Positions 1 to 14,528 of a stretch of DNA of 64,000 nt are shown piece by piece. The DNA lies in contig NMRA01000397.1 of assembly GCA_002633005.1 (NCBI GenBank), positions 249,218 to 313,217 on the forward strand. Direction: 5' to 3'. Source of the DNA: Phoronis australis. Lineage: Eukaryota > Animalia > Phoronida. A program made the translations under genes and the position numbers. Below the pieces are notes generated by a model. It searched no databases. It saw only the letters and a list, made by a program, of their open reading frames with translations, and was not told the origin of the DNA. Every line of letters begins with the position of its first letter. Positions within the stretch are counted from its first letter, which is position 1.

Positions 1-1132
1 ACAAAATTATTCTGGATGGCAAAAAGGGGATGTGGAAACGATATTTCACAGTCACGCTTATACGTGGGGGCTGACGCAAGAAAAAATAAAGAACAGCCAG
101 CGACAATAGTTAAATCTGGTAACGCCAGTTTGACTGAGATGCAATAAGCAAAAAACAAAATTTGACTAGCTGTTTTTTATTACTTCAAGATCCTACACAA
201 ACAAACATTATTGCCAACCTTTGAATTCAGAAATCGATAGGCAGCAACGAAATCGGTAACCCAGTAAGGCACTTGTACTGTCCCTTCGGTCGCCACACGT
301 CCTCTACAACCCGGCAGTTACATTCATCAAAATGAGAATTTGAAATCTTTCCGTGAGTTGTGAGATTTCTTCAAAATATTCTGTTGCTTGGAAGTTCGGC
401 ATATCGTGAGACCGATAAAGCTGTCCACGGTGTTGAATGGAGGTAAGTTTCAGAGACTGCTTAAGCGGTCTGCGGTGTTGAAAGGGTTAATTATTCAGTG
501 AAAACTTGTTTTCAGTCAATATAACCTATGGTCGCTATTTCAACATTCACTCACAATGTCAACTGAATTTGCAGTGCGCAACTGATTTAATTATCACTAA
601 AACGTTTAATTTGTTACTGTCTTGAGTCTGACAGATGGGATCATCTGTGTTGACTTACTTAAAAGTAGGTCAACAGTTCATTGGTATACACACTATGCGC
701 TGGGAGACTGATATGAAACCAAGGACGAAATGGATAACAGAAATAGAGTCAGTGGTTAAAACATGTCATGAGCAAGATATCGAAACAGTAAAATGTTAAT
801 TTAATAATTACCTATCAAATTAAGGAATTTGGGTGAGGATTTATCTCTTTCACCACCTTTTTTGCTGTATTCGTGCACACAAAGTCACAGAGACGTGAGG
901 CAATTAACTCGGAGCATTCGTTCTCAATGGTCGTATGTCTGCACACCCACAACTACCTCAGGATCAAAACTACATGTTGTCTTTGTTTTCTCTGGCACCG
1001 TTCTATCACATGTACACCTCCTTGACTCGGTGAATGAAAGGACTGAGGGTATAATGGAGCTGCTATGTGCCTGGCGGGATATTGGATTTGAGTGACTGCC
1101 CTAGAACCTTTGTCCTCGGATAGGCCGACAGT

Positions 1133-2305
1133 CAACGTCTGTTATCTTCACATCAATTCACTTACTAAATTTAATAAAGATCCTGCAGTGGGTTTAGGAG
1201 ATACAGTTCTGGGCGAAAAACAAAACAAAACTACCACTAGGAGGCACCACAGTAGTGAGTCGCCATCATCAAACGTCCTCTTCACACTGAAAACATATAG
1301 GCCAATTTTCAAAACCATCTCCAGAATGATTTGGTTGACCGAGAGGTGGACGCCAAAAACAAGATTTGAAAACAGCAGAAATGGCCACCAGGTGGCGCAA
1401 AATACCTCGATTCCATCCAAAAACAGGATGATAGCGTCATCTCACCAATAGATGCCCATATTCAAAATTTTATGAAAATCTGTTGAGGACCTTTGAAGAT
1501 ACAGACTGATAAACATAAAAAATTGAAATTGCCACTAGGGGACACACCAAGTTAGATCTGCCCGAAAGTTGTCGTCGTCCGTTGTCAACATCATATAAAT
1601 ACACTTGCTAAATTAAGTAGAGATCTTGCAAATGGTTTAGGAGATACAGCGATAAGCGCAAAAAAACAAAATTGCCACTAGGAGGCGTACATAGGTAAAC
1701 ATAAAAAGATGAAATTGTCACTAGGTGGCACACCAGTATTCAGATCCGTCCGAAAGTCGTTGTCGTCCATTGTCAACATCATATAAATACACTTACAAAA
1801 TTTAGTAAAGATCCTTTGAACAGTTTAGAAGATACAGCCATAGGCGCAAAAATAAACAAAACTGCCACTAGGAGGCGCCACAGTAGTCTAAACCGTTGGA
1901 AAATCATCGTCATCGTCCACTTCATAGTCAGAACATAGGTGCCAATTTTAACAATCATCCTTCGAGTGGTTTGGTTGATAGAGGGGTGGACGCAAAAGAA
2001 CAGACTCGAAAACAGTAAAAATGGCCACTAGGTGGCGCAAACTACGTTGAATCCATTCGAAAAAGGAAGGACAGCGTCATCTCACTAATAGATGCCTATA
2101 TACCAAATTTTATGAAAATCCAATCAGGACTTTTGAAGATACAGAGGTAAACGTAAAAAACTAAAATTGCAACTAGGGGGCACAACGGTAGTCGGATCCG
2201 TTCGAAAGTTCGCTCATGCCGTCCCATCCACGGTAGGAACGCATGTGCAAAATTTCATGAAGATACGTCAAGGCGTTTTAACATATAAATATGTGGGCGC
2301 ATAAA
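1133..2305 (+). mobile_element. HINE/DINE-1/pearl-like non-autonomous element with internal tandem modules
   Basis: Repeated aaaattgccactagg / aaatggccactaggtggcgcaaa modules; family terminus catataaatatgtgggcgcataaa. Confidence 0.65.
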
Positions 2306-2665
2306 TAAGGGCATTTTGGAAAACTGATTTTGAGATTTGTTCATGAATATTTAAGTAAAATGAAATTTAGTCATGCTGATATTGCTTTATTTTTCCTGAA
2401 ACATTGTTTCTTTGCTAAATTTTTAGTAAAAGAAAATAGCATGGTAATGTGATTAGAAAGACTTGTGTTAATTAGAAAATTAAGTTCCACAATCCTTCTA
2501 CTTTCAGAAAATATGTACCTTCAATTCTGGAATTTTGCAGAAAATTTGACTTAATTCACATTCTTCTTGGTGAGGTTATTCATCAGAAATTATCACAATG
2601 CTCTACCCTTTACACAAAACAAGTTCTACCATAACAGCAACAGTTGTGAACAACCTCCTGACCTG

Positions 2666-2746
2666 AGAAAGTAGTACTCTGAAAGACCTGGACAATAACT
2701 CATGCTAGAAAGTAGTACTCTGAAAGACCTGGACAATAACTCATGC
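2666..2746. repeat. 41-bp tandem duplication
   Basis: agaaagtagtactctgaaagacctggacaataactcatgc twice. Confidence 0.85.
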
Positions 2747-4047
2747 ATGGTGAATATCAGATTCTGAATAATAGTGGAGCAATAAAGTTGGGGCAACAAA
2801 GTGTAGGCTAAAATGGCTAAATTTCAGCTAGGTTTGCTGCCAATTATGAATATTGTAAAATTGGCCTGTTTGTGAATAAGGTGCGAGATAACCTTCCCAT
2901 TATAAATACTATCTTTTAACAAATAATATGCTAAGATGAAGTGCTAAACTTTGTCTACTACAATGTACACAGTCACAAATGAATTTCAGAAAACATAAAA
3001 TATACGGAGGTAAACATTACTACAGGGAATTGTTTCCTGCGTAAATATTGTCACAGAATCTCAGGCAAGGGCATTAACATTGCCACCAGGTTGCAACAGA
3101 AAAGGTTAATGTCAGACACCACAGTTTGTTAATGTTAGCAAGTCATTTTGCTAAATTGCTTTCAATATTCACATTCATGACTTATCCATTCAGCTGCTGT
3201 TATCAAAACACATCAATCAAGCCCGATATGTAATGTGCATGAGCAAACCAGATTTGCATGCATATCATGCCGCCCTTGTGGGAGTTGCAAGAACATCACT
3301 ACTACTATAGGAGTTGTCCAAATGCATGGGATGTGACAACTTCATTGTTAGAAGCTAAACACAATCTGATGATTAATATCAGCAAACGGCTGGTCGTGTT
3401 CACTCAGTTTCTTCCCAGGAAGCAAATGAATATAAGAGGTGACTGTTTTAGCTGCTTCACGATAAAAAGACATCATGCAATCAACGAAACGAGGATTTGA
3501 CAATGCAGCCAACGAAGGCCATTAACAAGATTACTTTGTAAGTATATGGAAGGTTTGCAGCTAAATTAGAATTAATTCATCAAAGACATAACAATAATAG
3601 AGGTTCAAGTCCACCTGGTTTGAGAAAATATCACAGCATATAGGCAAGGACTATAAGTCACACTTGAACCCAACAAGTGAAAGGTCCCTGCAGGACAGTA
3701 TTTGTAGCAGACCGTAGAACAACAGATGGCTGATGCAGATAGGTCTACAGAACAATTTTGGATAGTCTTCAAAGGCCAGATATAGGTAATGCTAATCATC
3801 TGCTCAACCTCCACCAGATGACCACTCCACCAATACAGGAGCAGTAATTACCTGGGTAGATATTGTAGGAAGGGAATACCGCAAATCATTTGTGGCAGCA
3901 ATACCCCAGGAGGAAGACTAAACAATGTGGATATGCTGAAAGTTGTAAGCTCTTCTCTTCATGCAGAAAAGCAGACATAAGAACATACAGGTATGATTAT
4001 GTTATTGTGTTTTGAATGCATAAGAATACCAGAGCAAATTAGTTTTT

Positions 4048-4310
4048 AACAGCTTATTATTTAAAATGACTTATTCTTATTAAAATGACATAGGCAAAAA
4101 TTGAATTTCGGGCGTCAAAATCGGGGCGCTCCATATTAATACAGAGAACCCCACTGAAAAGCGGCCGGAAAGCGGGGCCCTCTATATTAATATCAAAGGT
4201 CCCGCTCTCCGGCCGCCTTTAATATAGGGGCCTCGCCTTTGGGGCCCGAAATTCAATTTTGTGCCTATGTCATTTTAATAAGAATAAGTCATTTTAAATA
4301 ATAATCTGTT
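4048..4310. mobile_element. Palindromic (foldback) MITE
   Basis: About 60-bp near-perfect inverted arms ttattatttaaaatgacttattcttattaaaatgacataggca / tgcctatgtcattttaataagaataagtcattttaaataataa, with an inner GC-rich palindrome. Confidence 0.75.
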
Positions 4311-4371
4311 TTTTGTTTTCAAATAGAGATTGCTTGTAATTTGAAAGATTACAGTAAAAGTACTTTAATGT

Positions 4372-4779
4372 AAGTCCCGTTCACACAGTCTACCCTAAAA
4401 CTGTAACTTGCACTTGTGGAACTTAACCCACTTTTGAGTTGAACGTCCACATAATGCATATCTGATTGCTAGGGAAAGGCGGAAGTTGTCACTCTGTCCA
4501 TAACAATGAACAGCTGATGTGAATATGGGGCTCAAAAGAAAACCGTCTGTATGTAACTGCAGCTTATAATTACTTCTACGTTGTCCCCGATTTGAAAGTA
4601 CAAGTGGCGCAAGTTACCCTAAAGTAAGTTACCCTACCTCCATTAGGTGGAGAAAGTTGTCACAAGTGGGGTAAGTTGAGTTAGTTTAAATGGCGTCCAG
4701 ACAGCCCTTTAACCAAGTAACCAAGTGAACTTGTTCCAGGAATAACCTGTTTTAGGTAGTCTTTGTGTGGACGGCACTT
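4372..4779. mobile_element. Small TIR element
   Basis: aagtcccgttcacacag..ccctaaaac versus gttttaggtag..tgtgtggacggcactt. Confidence 0.5.
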
Positions 4780-5492
4780 TAGACTTTGAAAATAAATTAC
4801 TCACCTAATTTTTGGGCAGGACTCTTGATTTTGAAGAAATGTCAACATTTTAGTGTATGAAATGTTAATTAAAAGTATCAGAATTGCTATAAGAAAATCA
4901 TCTTTTCATCAACATTGCGTTGCTTATTAATCAACGTCGAAATGGAAGAAACTACCCATCAGTCAATTTCAGGTGAGAGGCATAGTTGGCCAAAAGGTCG
5001 CGTGTCGTGTCTGCTAATATCAGAATTGTCATGCGAGGTTGACTCCTGAATTCATTATGTAGTTTGACCGGCCTGAAATTTGCAGAAAGTTTAACTACAT
5101 ATATGATTTATAGAACAATAAGTCGCAACAAAATTTACAGCAATAAAAACTAATGGAAATATCGGATAAAAGCCTGAGAGGTGAGGCATGGTCCACTGTA
5201 AACACAAGACATTCGCAAGGCACTTATGGTGGGAAATTTTGCCTATTTAATGGAATCATTCAGAGACTCCATGTTAGCATTCAACATTCTTGAGAATAGA
5301 AAAATCTTTCTTATGCGATATAAGAGAATCTAGCACATGCACAGATTTTGAAATTTTTTTCAAGTTTGAAGGGCATTAAAGTTAAGTATTGGTATTGGTT
5401 GCAGTCATCATTGTATTCTTGTTTATGTATAAGCTCTTTCATATATTACTCTTTGTTACATATCGTACATTTGTATCTGATTAAATAAAAAG

Positions 5493-5516
5493 TTCTCTCT
5501 CTCTCTCTCTCTCTCC
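5493..5516. repeat. (TC)n microsatellite
   Basis: tctctc run of about 24 bp. Confidence 0.85.
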
Positions 5517-7170
5517 CCTCCCTCCGACCTCACCTCTCTCATCAGAATTTTACCTCCCAAGTAGTATGCAATTTGCTTACCTTTGGCTAACCATTAGTAA
5601 GTTTCAGCAGCGCCCTGCATAATCTTCGGGTTGGACAGTATCTATACTCCCCTGCTGGAATTGTTGTTTTGACTCATACGCATTTTAATATTATCCTTTG
5701 TTTTTTTTTTAAAAATTTAAAGATACACTACATCCAAAAAGTTAAGCTACTGAACTACAGTTTGTGATCACTCTGATTCTAGACATTCCCCTTATAACAA
5801 TCCACCGATGTTTTATTTCACTCATGCACATGAAGTCCATCACAAATGTAGGCTCCTGGGAGTTTACCCAATTGACCATTCGGGGAGCCCACCTGGAAAT
5901 TTTGCTATTAAGCATCCACGCGGGGGTTAACATGGATTTTCGAGTCCCCCATTAGCGTCCAATATATAACAGTCAACATATTCTTAATACAAATTCAGTG
6001 TTTTCATGTTTTACTCACAAAACTTTCAATTCCGTACATTGTAGCAAAGTTATAGGGCATGATTGCATTAAGAGCATTTCTCCAATATAGACATTGTCAT
6101 TGACTTCAATTATTTATATTCCTGAAACAATGCAACATAAGCTAAAGCTGACTGCATAACTATATTAGAACAGTATCTGAGTCTACAAGACCATCTTTCA
6201 ATGCTAACTAGCAAATTGGAACTGACAAAACCTGTATAGGTTGGCTACTAAATTTAATTTAAGTAAGCATGGCATCAACTCATAACTGATGTTACCACTG
6301 AACTTATAAGAGTTCAGCAAGAACTCCAGGGACTGACTGTCTTCCTTCTGGAAAATGTTTGGTTTGTGTGCAATTGTATACTGCAGGGCTTTTATCTGCA
6401 GGGTTTGATGGCACAGACAGAAAACAAATTTGGTGGCACTAGTTTCAATTAAGAATTGCATAACCGTTAACTACCAAACCACAGCCTGGAATGATACAGT
6501 ACAAGCCAAAAGTACAGTATTCAGACCAAATGACCTAAAATTACCCGTCATGAGGGCCAGATGAAAATTGAATTCATCATCAGAGAAGTCGTCCCTCATG
6601 ACAAAGAATGAAGTAAGTACAGTGCCATTGCCATTCTGTAATTAGAATTTTGCTACCTTAACTGTAATTACCAGTATTTTTTGCTATTAACAGAATTTGC
6701 GGTCATGACACGAAAACAGTTTTTTTCTCTGATTATTTTTGTCTTGCACTGTACCTGTGTGACTGCATGCAATGTACTGTGGCTGACGTGCACAACGTTT
6801 CAGTTGCTCATCACTGAGTAACCTGGTAATATGAACTTGTCAACCAGAGTGAATTTGGCGATACATTTCTTAGAAGATTGTTCCGTGAAAATATCGTCAT
6901 TTGGTCCATTACTTAGTCAGAATTTTGGTTGGTTGGATGTATATTCCTGTCAGTTATATAGATTAAGAGAACCTCCAGGTAACTTTTAGTTTGCAATTGA
7001 TGATAGTTAATTTTGAATAATCCAATTTTCTCTTTGTCTATCCCATACAAACAAAGTTCATAGCACATTAATTTTGAAAATAGTTGAAAATGGTCATCAA
7101 GTTAAGGACAAAATGAATAGTAAAGAGATTATTCTACTGAGAGAGCTTGCACTGAGGAACTTGAGTAAAG

Positions 7171-7638
7171 TTTCAATAAAGACAACTTTTCATAAATGTA
7201 GCGACATGTTTCGGTAGTAAAACATCCACCATTGTCCAGCTTTATATTCAGAGAATGGATTTCAGGATACCAGAAATCACATTATATTTACACACACTTG
7301 TAAAACAATGGTGCTTGTAGCGCTCAGGCCTCTGGGGGACACAGCTTTACGATAGACAGTGATACTAATAGCTATCATTTGAAACTGCGTAAAGCCATGG
7401 ACAATCAGTACTTGGAAACACTCTCACTCAATGCACAGGTTTCTTATGAGTCATTGACGCTGTTACACTGATGATTGCTAGCCAATCCTATTTCCGGTAT
7501 TTTTGCGTGTTTTGAAATTTTCTGTGTATCATACCTGCCGCCATCCTGGCATCCATTCTCGAAATAAAGCTGGACAATGGGGGATGTTTTACTGCCGAAA
7601 CATGTCGCTACATTTTAGAAAAGGTGTCTTTATTGAAA
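7171..7638. repeat. Inverted repeat with about 95-bp arms resembling Penelope-like element tails
   Basis: 7171-7268 is the reverse complement of 7543-7638 (gctggacaatgg..ttactgccgaaacatgtcgctaca..tctttattgaaa). Confidence 0.7.
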
Positions 7639-10600
7639 TTTAAAGAGAACATTATGCTGTGAAAATATGAGTCACAGAGAGAAGACTGTAAATTTTTGGT
7701 TGGGGAGAAGCCTGTTCTAGGCATTGTAGAAGCTAAGATAACTGACTGCTTCAATAAAACTGCCTTCAGTAATTGTCAATTTCACCACTGATTTGGGCAG
7801 ACTAAAGTCTCCCTATACTTAGAAAAACTAGTTCTAGATCCTAACAAAGTTATTACATGCCATCAAAACTTTGTCTAAATATAGTGCTCACAAGTTGTTA
7901 TCACACCTCAGTTTATCTAATGTTCCAGAACCATACTTTGGTGACAGCAGCAACTAAGTTCTTTGGGATACAAAATATAACCGAGAAAATCACTGGCATG
8001 CCATTTGTATTCTGTAGATCACAGAAAACTTCTGTTTGCTTACTTTAGTTACATGTACCTGAAAAATGTATTTACACGTGCTACCTTTATCACACAAGAA
8101 AAGCTCAGTTTTATTTCAGAGACGAATATTAAAAATTTTTGGTGACCCTGCAAGCAGCTTGCCTGCTGCCACAATTTTGTCATAAGTGAATTTCCTCACT
8201 TGCACTTCGGTTACGTTTTGTAAAGAAAGTGGTACGTAGGAATCCATAACTTAACGGGTTCTTCTGCTTCTATCTACCGTTATAAAATTGGTCTCAACTA
8301 ATGTCACCTTTCTCACTAGATCGGACTAAAATTTCTCCGTCCTAACTTTAAAGCTTCATCGTACTAAACACAAGATGTCACTACCTGCACCGCAATAGGG
8401 ATTCGACAACCAATTGTCATTTCTTTAATTTCTTATTTGAGATAATATGTTTATCTTTAAAATTGTGCAGTGAACAGTGAATAGACAGAAACAACAACAA
8501 CGTCCAGAATGTGCAAAATGGCGGGAAGCAGAGTATTAGCCAGCCACCTGCATGCCTGCCAACTGGACAGGCAGATGTTGAATCTGGCGGGCAAAATGTG
8601 CAACTGTGGGCGCGACGGAGGGCTATTTACATCCCAACATTATGCCTTGGCCCTTATCTTCGAGAGAGTATACGACTTCGATACTTGTATACAACACAAC
8701 ATTCCGACAGCTGACCAGAAACTTTTTAAATTGTCAATGGTTTTGGGTCTCACTTGTACTAATTGGGTTTTAGTAGGTAATTGCCATACTTTGTATGAGC
8801 ACACCTTCTCATTACGCAAAAATTCAAGTTGTTGCCTGTGCTGGAGTGTTTTGTTTCATGACGCGGACGGACTTACTCGACCGGTCCGGGTCGTCCGACA
8901 ATGTCCCCGGGGACGATAATTCTAGGGAGCATGCTCACCATAGAGCCTTGGTAAAAAAGCAAGATTTCGCAAGACTATGTCGCCGTGTGATTTTGGATGA
9001 ATTTCTCGCTGTGATATAGTTACTGAATGCTCCTCATAAATATCAAGTGACAAATCTCCGGCTTTGTCATTAACAACACGCACTCCCCAATTGAACTGCT
9101 ACTACTTTATGAATGAAAAATTATGTTCAAAGGGAGTAAAATTTCCAAACAGAGCTTTCAGTTCAACCACACAGCAGGGCAAGTAACTTGAACTTTCACT
9201 TTTCCGTGTGCCGAAAGTTACCAGCTCAGTATCAGGCTTTCGGGAACCATCAAGCCCTGCACAAGAGTTCACACGTCCCAACCTCTCCCCACTCGGCACC
9301 ACCTGCCTGGCAAATCAATACACATGCTAGATAAACAGGAGTAATACTGATAAACAAACCATCTCAGCTGGTATGACTTAAGCTTTAAAATTTTTGAATA
9401 CCATTATTCTAATATCAAGCACAAGAAAGGTGAATAACTACTTGATTTGTGTGCTGGGCTTGTAAACCTATATGCTGATCTGGTCTGAGAGACTAATATT
9501 TTAGAAGGCATGGACAACCGTAACTTACAGAGTCTTAGTATTGCCCATTCCAAGAGGTAAAATGTACCGTTTCCTGTGGGGAAAGTTGATACACACATTG
9601 AGAAAATGCCATTCATACCACAGGTGTACATGAAGCAAAAGCATTGCATGTATCATTACATATGGCTCAAAGATAATAAGCTAGGAAAAAGAACCAAAAG
9701 TACTTCAAGCATTGAAATCAGTAAATGCTTTACAAAAGTCAATTTCTCTTAGCCTCAACTTCATCCACCATGAATTTAAGTAATTTCTGAAATTAAAATG
9801 GTATATATCTACAACAATAAAGTCATTTCAAGGTCTGTACAAAATTAGTTTTACTTTCTGAAGTCCAGTACAAAACATGGTTTATTGCATTTGCATGTTG
9901 AGATGAAAGCATAGGGGCATTCTGTCTAGCACTGGCATTATCACAGTCACCAATAATATTGTGTAGTAACTTTGAGTTTTAGAAAGCTGTATTTCGCTTT
10001 TACATTCCTATCCATTCCCTTATTTCAATTTGCAGACATGTCAGCGCAGCTAGCACCCATGTCATCCTTATTAAATATTTCACAACACAGCATCAATGTG
10101 GCTGCATGTCTTTCCTAAACTGCAAGCAATATCTCACCAATATACAATGCTTTTAATATGCAGAGTGAGTTCAACTCATTGTTGATGTGCTGAGATGGTC
10201 TGACATTGCGCTTAATAATCACAGTGTCCTTGTACAAATTAAAGTGTAAAATCTTGTCAACGCAGCCACATCAAAAGTAATTGAATTATTCCAAACTTTT
10301 AAAGTTTTTCTTGAGATTCTATGAAGTAGTTGTAAATTTCATCATACATAACATTCGGCCACTTGCGGATATCGTCTTCCCATGATGAATGCCCATTAAT
10401 TCTGATGTTGTAGATTACATTTTTTCAACAGACCGATACAGACTGTGGGTTATATGGAAAATTCAGAGTGTTTTGAGATATCACTCGGATTGATGTATTA
10501 AGAGCTTCTGGCAGTGCAAAATACAACTGACCAATCAGAATGCTTGCCAAATAATAAACTGACCAAACAGGGAGTCCCTTAAATGAAATGTTTACCAACA

Positions 10601-12117
10601 TGACTAACTTGAATGGGACAATAGGGGTAATTGCCAGGGATGGGGGAATTAAAATTTACTGGAATGCCACGCTAAGGTGACTGGCATCTACAGAAGACAA
10701 GGGAACAAAACTTAAAACAAATAAAATGAAGAGATGTACTTTGGAGTTCCCAATAGTTAACGTCATCAGGGAAAAAAACTACTGGTTTTATTAGTGAAAA
10801 CTGCTTAATACGGATATGAATAAGAGTCACGACTGTAATGTTGTGCAACTGAAGAAACCTAATAGTCTGACCAACACTGGAGTAGCTACATTTAAAAAAA
10901 TAAAACGCACTGGTTAGAATAATAAACAAACAACAAATTCATGCCATGTCACATATTTAATAGAACACAGACTTTATATAATTCAGTTATGTGACATTGA
11001 AATGCTCACTAACATGCTGAACAGCTGCTCTGTTTTTGTTTCTAACATTTGTCTAATGGCTGACTTCCTGCTAGCGAACCATGTGACTGTTTTGTAAACT
11101 ATATTTCAATTTGCTACATTTTTGATGTTTCTGTGGTGCTACAGTGTAGCGCCAAAATGATACGTATTTCCAGTAATTCATTAGCATTTTGCCGAAGTTC
11201 ATAATAAAATGTTCAAACTTTCCCTTTGGCTTTTACTGGCAACCTCTTGTTGAAACAATCTCATATCACAAATCTTGCTCGACAAGGACAACGGAGACTC
11301 TAAGGAGTATAACACTCACAGTTGCTAGATGTAAGAGCCTCTAATAGGTAAAGTGGGTGCATGCAATGGATTTTGACACTTGCCATATTTTGACCCGTTT
11401 TGTCTGCTGTATGGTTTGCTATGGTTTTTTCACAAAAATCGCTATGGTTAGAGCAAAAAATGGTTGACATGTATGCAAATCACTGACAAATCTCCGCCTT
11501 TTCGACAGGCAATATCAGTATCCTGGCTAATACCCGGGCGGGAAGAAATCCCCGCTTGGGTAAAAGGGAAAGATAAGTTAGGACGGTCGAGCCAAATAGT
11601 CCGGACCAAACCTTTCGCATTGTGCTTCTGTAATTGAAACAACTTTGGAAAGCTTGCTAATCCGGTCTTTTCGAGTATACTCGTCTACCTTTCGCATCCT
11701 ACTACATTTAGAGCATTATAAATCACCTTTCGCATTAAAACTAAAACTCTTGTGGTTGAGAAAGAATGTTAGTCCAACGTACCAACTACAAAAAACCCTT
11801 AAACACTAGATGGAATTACAAGCTGATGTTTTTTTTGCTGAATGTTACAAAACTATTACCTTTCAACTAGTTTTGCTGAATACATGTGAAATCTATCAAA
11901 TTATTGGATCAAGGCAAAATTTCAATAGAGGACAAATGCATGAAAGTTGAAAAGATCACAGCTATAAATAAACAGCCTGCTTTGACAACCACAAACCCTA
12001 CACAGCATTCCCAGGCTCAGATTTCAATTTTCAAAGGTCACGAAACAATTTGTAGAACAAGCAAACCAAATTCAGAAGAGAAATATGAAAAAAGTCACCA
12101 GGTACATAAATACTTAA

Positions 12118-13519
12118 GGTTATCTCCAACCTTATTTAGTGGCCTCTATTCTAACTCGTATATCAAAAAAACTAAGCTTTGTCAACTAGTAAAAGTATAT
12201 ATTTTGTAAAAGAAAAAAGATGAGGGAATAAGAAAATACTTTTTGTATTAATGTACCATAATTATTTTTATGTAAAAACCTTTTTTAAGCCAAAATTATA
12301 TTTCTAAAAAAGGTACATTCATAGCAAAATAACCCTCGGTTGATTTTAATGAAACTTTTTTTAAATCAAAACTTCACCTGTTGCCTCAAAAACACTATTA
12401 AGAATTTTCGATTAGCCTTTTCGTTTGGTTTTATGACAAATCAACCCGCAAAATGTAAGGTATCTTTGTAAAAAACGGAAGTCTTATTTGTCTTTGTTAC
12501 ATTACGCAAAAAATAGGCCTTCATATCAAAAATCCTAAAAGAATTTTTGAGACTGATGACTAAATATCTAATTTGGAAAGTTTCAGCGAAATCCACCGAG
12601 CCGTTCTCGAGAACTAGTGTTTCTAAGTTCAAATAAAGTCGATTTGCCGAAGCTGAGAAAAGTCAATTAAACTGGGACAATTGAAAATCTCAAAGTCTTT
12701 GGTTAATTATTTGGTGAAAACTTGTTTTCGATACACATGACCTATACAAGCCTTAAACATGTTCGCTATTTCAACATTCACTTGCAACGTCAACTGATTT
12801 TGCAGTGCGTAATTAACTTAATTATCATTAAAACGCATTGTTCCCTGCTAACTCTTACTGTTTTTTTGCGACCTTTTGAGCTATTTTTATATAAATACTG
12901 GTCACAGTTCATTGTTATACACATAGCCACGTCACGTGCTGGGAGACAAATACGAGACCAAGTAAGAAATGGAAAACAAAAATCAAATTGGTGTTAAAGC
13001 ATGTCGTTAGCATGAGATTGAAACACTGAAATGTCAATTTATTAATTGAATGAAAGAATTAGGGTGAGGATTTACATCTTTTCACAACTTGCTGTGTTCA
13101 TGACCACAGAGGCCTGAGGTGACTGTAACATTCGTTCTCAACACCAACGGTCGTATGCATGTAGATGCACATTGTTTTGACTTTGTTTTCCCCGGCACCA
13201 TTCTACCATAAGTACACCACAATGACTCAATGTTATGGCCATTTTGTGAATGAAAGGACTGCGGGTATACGAAGCTGTTCTGTACCTAGCGGGAGATTCG
13301 ATTTGAATGAAAGCCCTTTAACCTTTGACCTCGGATAAGTAGTAAACAAATATCCACACAGTTGTGCGGTTCCAAGGTGGTTCTGTTAAATCTTTTTTCT
13401 CACTACGCAGTACATATTTTGTATTTGAAGTTCCCCAAGAATGAAGATAAGGTATTTTTCTGGACACATGTGAATTATTGTATAATGACCATTTTTTGTG
13501 AATAAGGTACGAGATAACC
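12118..13519 (+). mobile_element. Non-autonomous TIR element (Kolobok-like MITE), copy 1
   Basis: TTAA on both sides (12114-12117, 13520-13523); termini GGTTATCTCCAACCTTATT / AATAAGGTACGAGATAACC; homologous along its length to 18900-20323. TTAA TSD with GG..CC ends fits Kolobok better than piggyBac. Confidence 0.8.
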
Positions 13520-13529
13520 TTAATGAGTA

Positions 13530-14528
13530 TGTCAGAGGATTGACTGTGGGTTTGTTTAAAAGGTAGTTATGCTTTGAGATTGTGCGTAGATGGAGAGTGA
13601 ATAGTCAAATCCAGTAATTAATTTATTATATAATAGCCCCTAATTAGACAAGTGAAACCTGTTATTAATTAAGTAATCAACTACAAAGAAGAGTAACTAA
13701 GCTAGCACCCTCTTTAAAGATTACTTAAATCAATCAACCAAAATAATCAGATGTCTTATCTGCTATCCAAGCTAGGACTCTACACTTGTTGGACGTCTGT
13801 CCTGTTGGTGAAACTTTGAACTACACACACTGTATAGCGACAGTGTACTTGCTGGTCACCGTCTTTGGTGATGCAACACTTGCAGGCAATTTCTTCTACC
13901 CGCGATTCTTCTTGCTGATCACAGTCTCTGGCTGGTGACGCAACACTTCAGGTAGTATCTTACTACCCACGATGCAAGTGACAAGCTCTTAGTTAACTTC
14001 CTGTTCGTTATCCCTTGCCCTTGCCAAGATCCTTTCTAGAATCTTCTACGAGATGGCTCTGTCGAACAATTTCCTCTGTACACTGTAGCAAGTCTATGCT
14101 TCAACTACTACAGCTCATCTGAATTTCTTTTTGGTTTAAGCCCATATCATATTCTACTTATTTAGTGATTGGTTAATAAAAACCACATGATCACATCCAA
14201 TCACATCATTGGCTGTTACAGTTTGTTCTCAGAATTTTCTAGAATCTCTAGAGTACTTTGACCCCTGAACCCAAAGTTGTAAACACAATTTAAAAATAAA
14301 TTTTAACGTTTAAGTACATGTCAACAAGTTTGACCACATGATAATTTTAAAGTACATATGCACAAATTATGGGCAACTTAAAATGTATCTATTCTTACTA
14401 ATTACTTAATCAATATTTATTCTGACACCATCGTTCCTTTGTGAAATGGCCCATGGTCAAGTTAAAAACAAATTAACTTTTTAGTTGTTTTGTGATATTT
14501 AATTACATAATCAATATTTATTCTGACA
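13530..14528. mobile_element. Possible solo LTR (or TGT..ACA TIR element)
   Basis: TGTCAGA...TCTGACA termini, flanks gagta/tagta (imperfect 5-bp TSD); right terminus duplicated near 14408-14427. Confidence 0.4.

Larger units (their letters stand above)
488..2893 (+). mobile_element. Interrupted Kolobok-like MITE (body 488-1130, right end about 2860-2893)
   Basis: 488-1130 aligns to 12705-13340; right terminus gtgaataaggtgcgagataacc at 2872-2893; split by a HINE-like insertion. Confidence 0.6.

Noticed and set aside
3258-3990. Coding-like composition, possible retroelement remnant
   Set aside because: Frames are short and broken, and I could not recognise a domain
5581-5654. Exon-like frame with in-frame TGA after GRC (possible selenocysteine)
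   Set aside because: No recognisable selenoprotein similarity and no SECIS element identified
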